DNA of 64,000 nucleotides from a bacterium (GTDB lineage Bacteria; Hinthialibacterota; Hinthialibacteria; Hinthialibacterales; Hinthialibacteraceae): NCBI GenBank assembly GCA_963662285.2, contig CAXXMV010000008.1, positions 1,344,001 to 1,408,000 of the forward strand, read 5' to 3'. Shown piece by piece: positions 61,590 to 64,000 of this stretch (position 1 is its first letter; each line of letters starts with the position of its first letter). The notes under the pieces were generated by a model. It saw only the letters and a program-made list of their open reading frames with translations, ran no database searches and was not told where the DNA came from. The position numbers and the translations under genes were made by a program.

Positions 61590-63389
61590 TCATTTCACAT
61601 AAAACACAAACATAGTATCAGCGATGACGTCATCGGGTTGACGATTGGAAAATGAGATTAATTCGGGCATGAAGTATGAAGCTATGTACTGCCTTAACAT
61701 GGTTACGCTGATGACATAGGTTCCCGGTTGCAAGGTTTTTTGTTGTTTATATTTCCGGTGGGGCACTCCATAAGCTTCCGGCAGCGTCTTGGGACCGAAA
61801 TATAGTAGATAGGCGTCATTGATATTATGCTCCGCCAGATAATCCTTCAGCTCCAATAAATCCTGCCCCCAATCGAGGTTAGAATCTACTGCGTAATAAT
61901 GTCCGTTCGACGGGCCGCCGATCAATGAGTTATAGTAGGTTAAATAATTGGGATGCACCGCCAGAACATCAACAAACAGCCATACTGCAAGACCGCATGA
62001 CAATGCAATGCCAATCAGTGTATTGTTATCCAAGCGCCTATTATCTTTACGTAGACTACTAGGCAAGAGCGTCTTAAACGCGGCGCCGCCCATAACCACC
62101 AGCAGAAATGGAACCACTGGCAGCGCATGACGGTAGCCGATATAAGCCCGGTTGCATCCTATCAGTATAGCGGCGTAGACCACTGGTATTATTAATCCCA
62201 GGATTAACGCCCGCCGGCCGGGACGCGCCAGACGCAACGCCAGCGCGATAATTCCTATAAACAGAATTATCAAAAGCGGCAGGGGAGTCTTGGTTAGAAA
62301 GAGAAAGGGATAATACATATCCTTTTTTCTATAGGATGTTTCTCCCAGAAAGAAGGCGGGTGAACCGCGTTGCGCGTTAAGGCGGTTGGCGCAGAAGCCT
62401 TCCCAATGGCTGTAGGCGGGGAGCCATCCTGAAATCAAGCGCCAGTAGGGATCATCCGTGTTGGTTTGATCAAAGGGATAACGCTCTTCGAGACCGAGAA
62501 TATAGGTCGCCGTCTGTATGGGTAGTTGGGTTTGCATCCACAGAAGACTGCGCTTCGGCTCGCGCTTGCCTTCAATGCTATCGCCCACCTCAAAACCATA
62601 TACCGCCCATATCACCAATAACCCGACAAATAGAATAATCGCTGAGAGCATAGCGGAAAGCCAAAGCGAACGCCGCAAACCCGACTTTTTCTTCAATCCG
62701 GGAATCCACCGGAAACCAAGCGGTTGTGAATGGCGTTGAAATAGCAGGCTGAATCCAAAGAACAATGCAATAATCATAACCGGCCCGGAATGTTTGGAAG
62801 ACCAGGTTAATCCAAAAGCAACCCCAACCGCAATCAACCTCTGCCAGCTAGGCTTTTTGACAAAACGCCAAGCCAAGTAGCCGCTCAATAAGAAGAATAA
62901 CGTCGGCGCCGCGTCAGCGGTAGTCAAACGCCCATGAGCTATAAAGTTCGGCTCAAACACGGCTAAAGTCAAAACGCCTAAAGCTGGCCAATAACCCCAG
63001 ATATCCCGGCTCCAGATAAAAATCAACAGACACAATAATATTGATAACGCCATCGATCCATATCGGCCAAGAGTCAAATTTTTATGGAAGGTTGCAGGAT
63101 TAGCCTCGACAAAACGGTCGCCCAGTCCATTCCAGACGCCCTCTTTCCAGCATGAATGATCGTAGGTCAGTTTGTAATCGCCGAAGAGATAAACCGGAAG
63201 GGCGCAAAGCATGTTCTGCAAGGGAGGCGAAAGACGGTTGCAACGGAAATCATTATGGTTCAGCGCATAAAGCCCGGCGGTCAGATGCCCTAATTCATCA
63301 ACCGTGGCCGTCTTATTACGAATGCTATGAGCCATAATGACCCCATGAAGCAACAAGAGCAGCAGAACGGGAGCAATTTTTCCAGACAT
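61590..63389 (-). CDS. Membrane glycosyltransferase, GT39/ArnT(PMT)-like
   Basis: TATVDELGHLTAG, EPNFIAHGRLTTAD, SKHS, KTPLP, IGYRHALP, DSNLDWGQDL; many TMs. ATG at 63389 lies just after the upstream stop. Confidence 0.88.
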   Translation of the reverse strand: MSGKIAPVLLLLLLHGVIMAHSIRNKTATVDELGHLTAGLYALNHNDFRCNRLSPPLQNMLCALPVYLFGDYKLTYDHSCWKEGVWNGLGDRFVEANPATFHKNLTLGRYGSMALSILLCLLIFIWSRDIWGYWPALGVLTLAVFEPNFIAHGRLTTADAAPTLFFLLSGYLAWRFVKKPSWQRLIAVGVAFGLTWSSKHSGPVMIIALFFGFSLLFQRHSQPLGFRWIPGLKKKSGLRRSLWLSAMLSAIILFVGLLVIWAVYGFEVGDSIEGKREPKRSLLWMQTQLPIQTATYILGLEERYPFDQTNTDDPYWRLISGWLPAYSHWEGFCANRLNAQRGSPAFFLGETSYRKKDMYYPFLFLTKTPLPLLIILFIGIIALALRLARPGRRALILGLIIPVVYAAILIGCNRAYIGYRHALPVVPFLLVVMGGAAFKTLLPSSLRKDNRRLDNNTLIGIALSCGLAVWLFVDVLAVHPNYLTYYNSLIGGPSNGHYYAVDSNLDWGQDLLELKDYLAEHNINDAYLLYFGPKTLPEAYGVPHRKYKQQKTLQPGTYVISVTMLRQYIASYFMPELISFSNRQPDDVIADTMFVFYVK

Positions 63390-63393
63390 GGCC

Positions 63394-64000
63394 TCACACA
63401 GTTTCGCAGGAATTTTTATCGCTTTCATTGCTGAATTGCAGGTGATACAAACGTCCATACAAGTCGCAACGCTCTATTAATTCATCATGCCTTCCGATGT
63501 CAACAATGACGCCGCGCTCCATTACCAGGATGCGGTCGGCTTGCAGGATGGTTGATAAACGGTGCGCGATTACAAACGAAGTGCGCCCCTGCATCAGTTC
63601 ATTGAGCGAGCGCTTGATATGCAATTCCGATTCGCTATCCAGAGACGAGGTTGCTTCATCAAGTATCAGAATCGGCGCGTCGCGCAAAAAGGCGCGCGCA
63701 ATGGCGATGCGTTGACACTGCCCGCCGGAAAGCGACTCGCCCCGTTCGCCGATAATCGCATCGTAACCATAAGGCAATTTAGCGATAAATTCATCAGCAT
63801 AGGCCGCACGGGCCGCATTCACTACCTGCTCATCAGTGTATGATTCATCGCCGCAAGTGATATTCAAGCGCACTGTATCGCCCAGGATCATAACATCCTG
63901 ATAGACCATACCGATCTTACGCCGTAGGTCTTCCAGTTTTAGTTCGCTAAGGTTAATGCCATCAATAGAAATACTGCCGGATACGGGATCATAAAAACGC
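63394..64000 (-). CDS. ABC exporter ATP-binding domain (MsbA-like), partial, 5' end outside the window
   Basis: Frame extends to the window edge (RFYDPVSGSISIDG..); IGERGESLSGGQCQRIAIARA; ILILDEATSSLD; IAHRLST. Confidence 0.93.
   Translation of the reverse strand, partial: RFYDPVSGSISIDGINLSELKLEDLRRKIGMVYQDVMILGDTVRLNITCGDESYTDEQVVNAARAAYADEFIAKLPYGYDAIIGERGESLSGGQCQRIAIARAFLRDAPILILDEATSSLDSESELHIKRSLNELMQGRTSFVIAHRLSTILQADRILVMERGVIVDIGRHDELIERCDLYGRLYHLQFSNESDKNSCETV

Overview
Bacterial chromosomal window from a diderm (TolC, outer-membrane barrel, Tat signals and pseudopilins are present). The gene content recalls Hinthialibacterota/Sumerlaeota-like candidate phyla, but that is an impression only. 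Left to right: a signalling cluster (partial response regulator, REC-HD-GYP protein, 1642-aa multi-SBP hybrid kinase); tRNA-Thr(CGT); two modular sensor kinases sharing a PAS-HisKA-HATPase tail; exported hydrolases (Tat creatininase-family, Tat sulfatase, penicillin-acylase family); and an isolated AT-rich two-gene cassette of a Pol-beta-type nucleotidyltransferase plus an unknown partner. Next is a ~22-kb minus-strand MacAB-TolC-like operon with one adaptor, two ATPases, one TolC and seven tandem duplicated-domain permeases showing signs of recombination, preceded by a sigma54-type promoter, tandem upstream palindromes and an NtrC-type two-component pair. The rest holds a PilX/GspK-like gene, a DUF4832-like hydrolase, mutL, a beta-barrel, a pseudopilin, recQ, secreted hypotheticals (one large gene split by two compensating frameshifts), a GT39-like glycosyltransferase and a partial ABC exporter. 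Several REP-like palindrome families are present. No integrase, transposase, rRNA or CRISPR array was seen. The best candidates for undescribed systems are the NTase two-gene cassette (20501-21999) and the recombining permease array (24485-41707). All family names come from motif recognition, not database searches.
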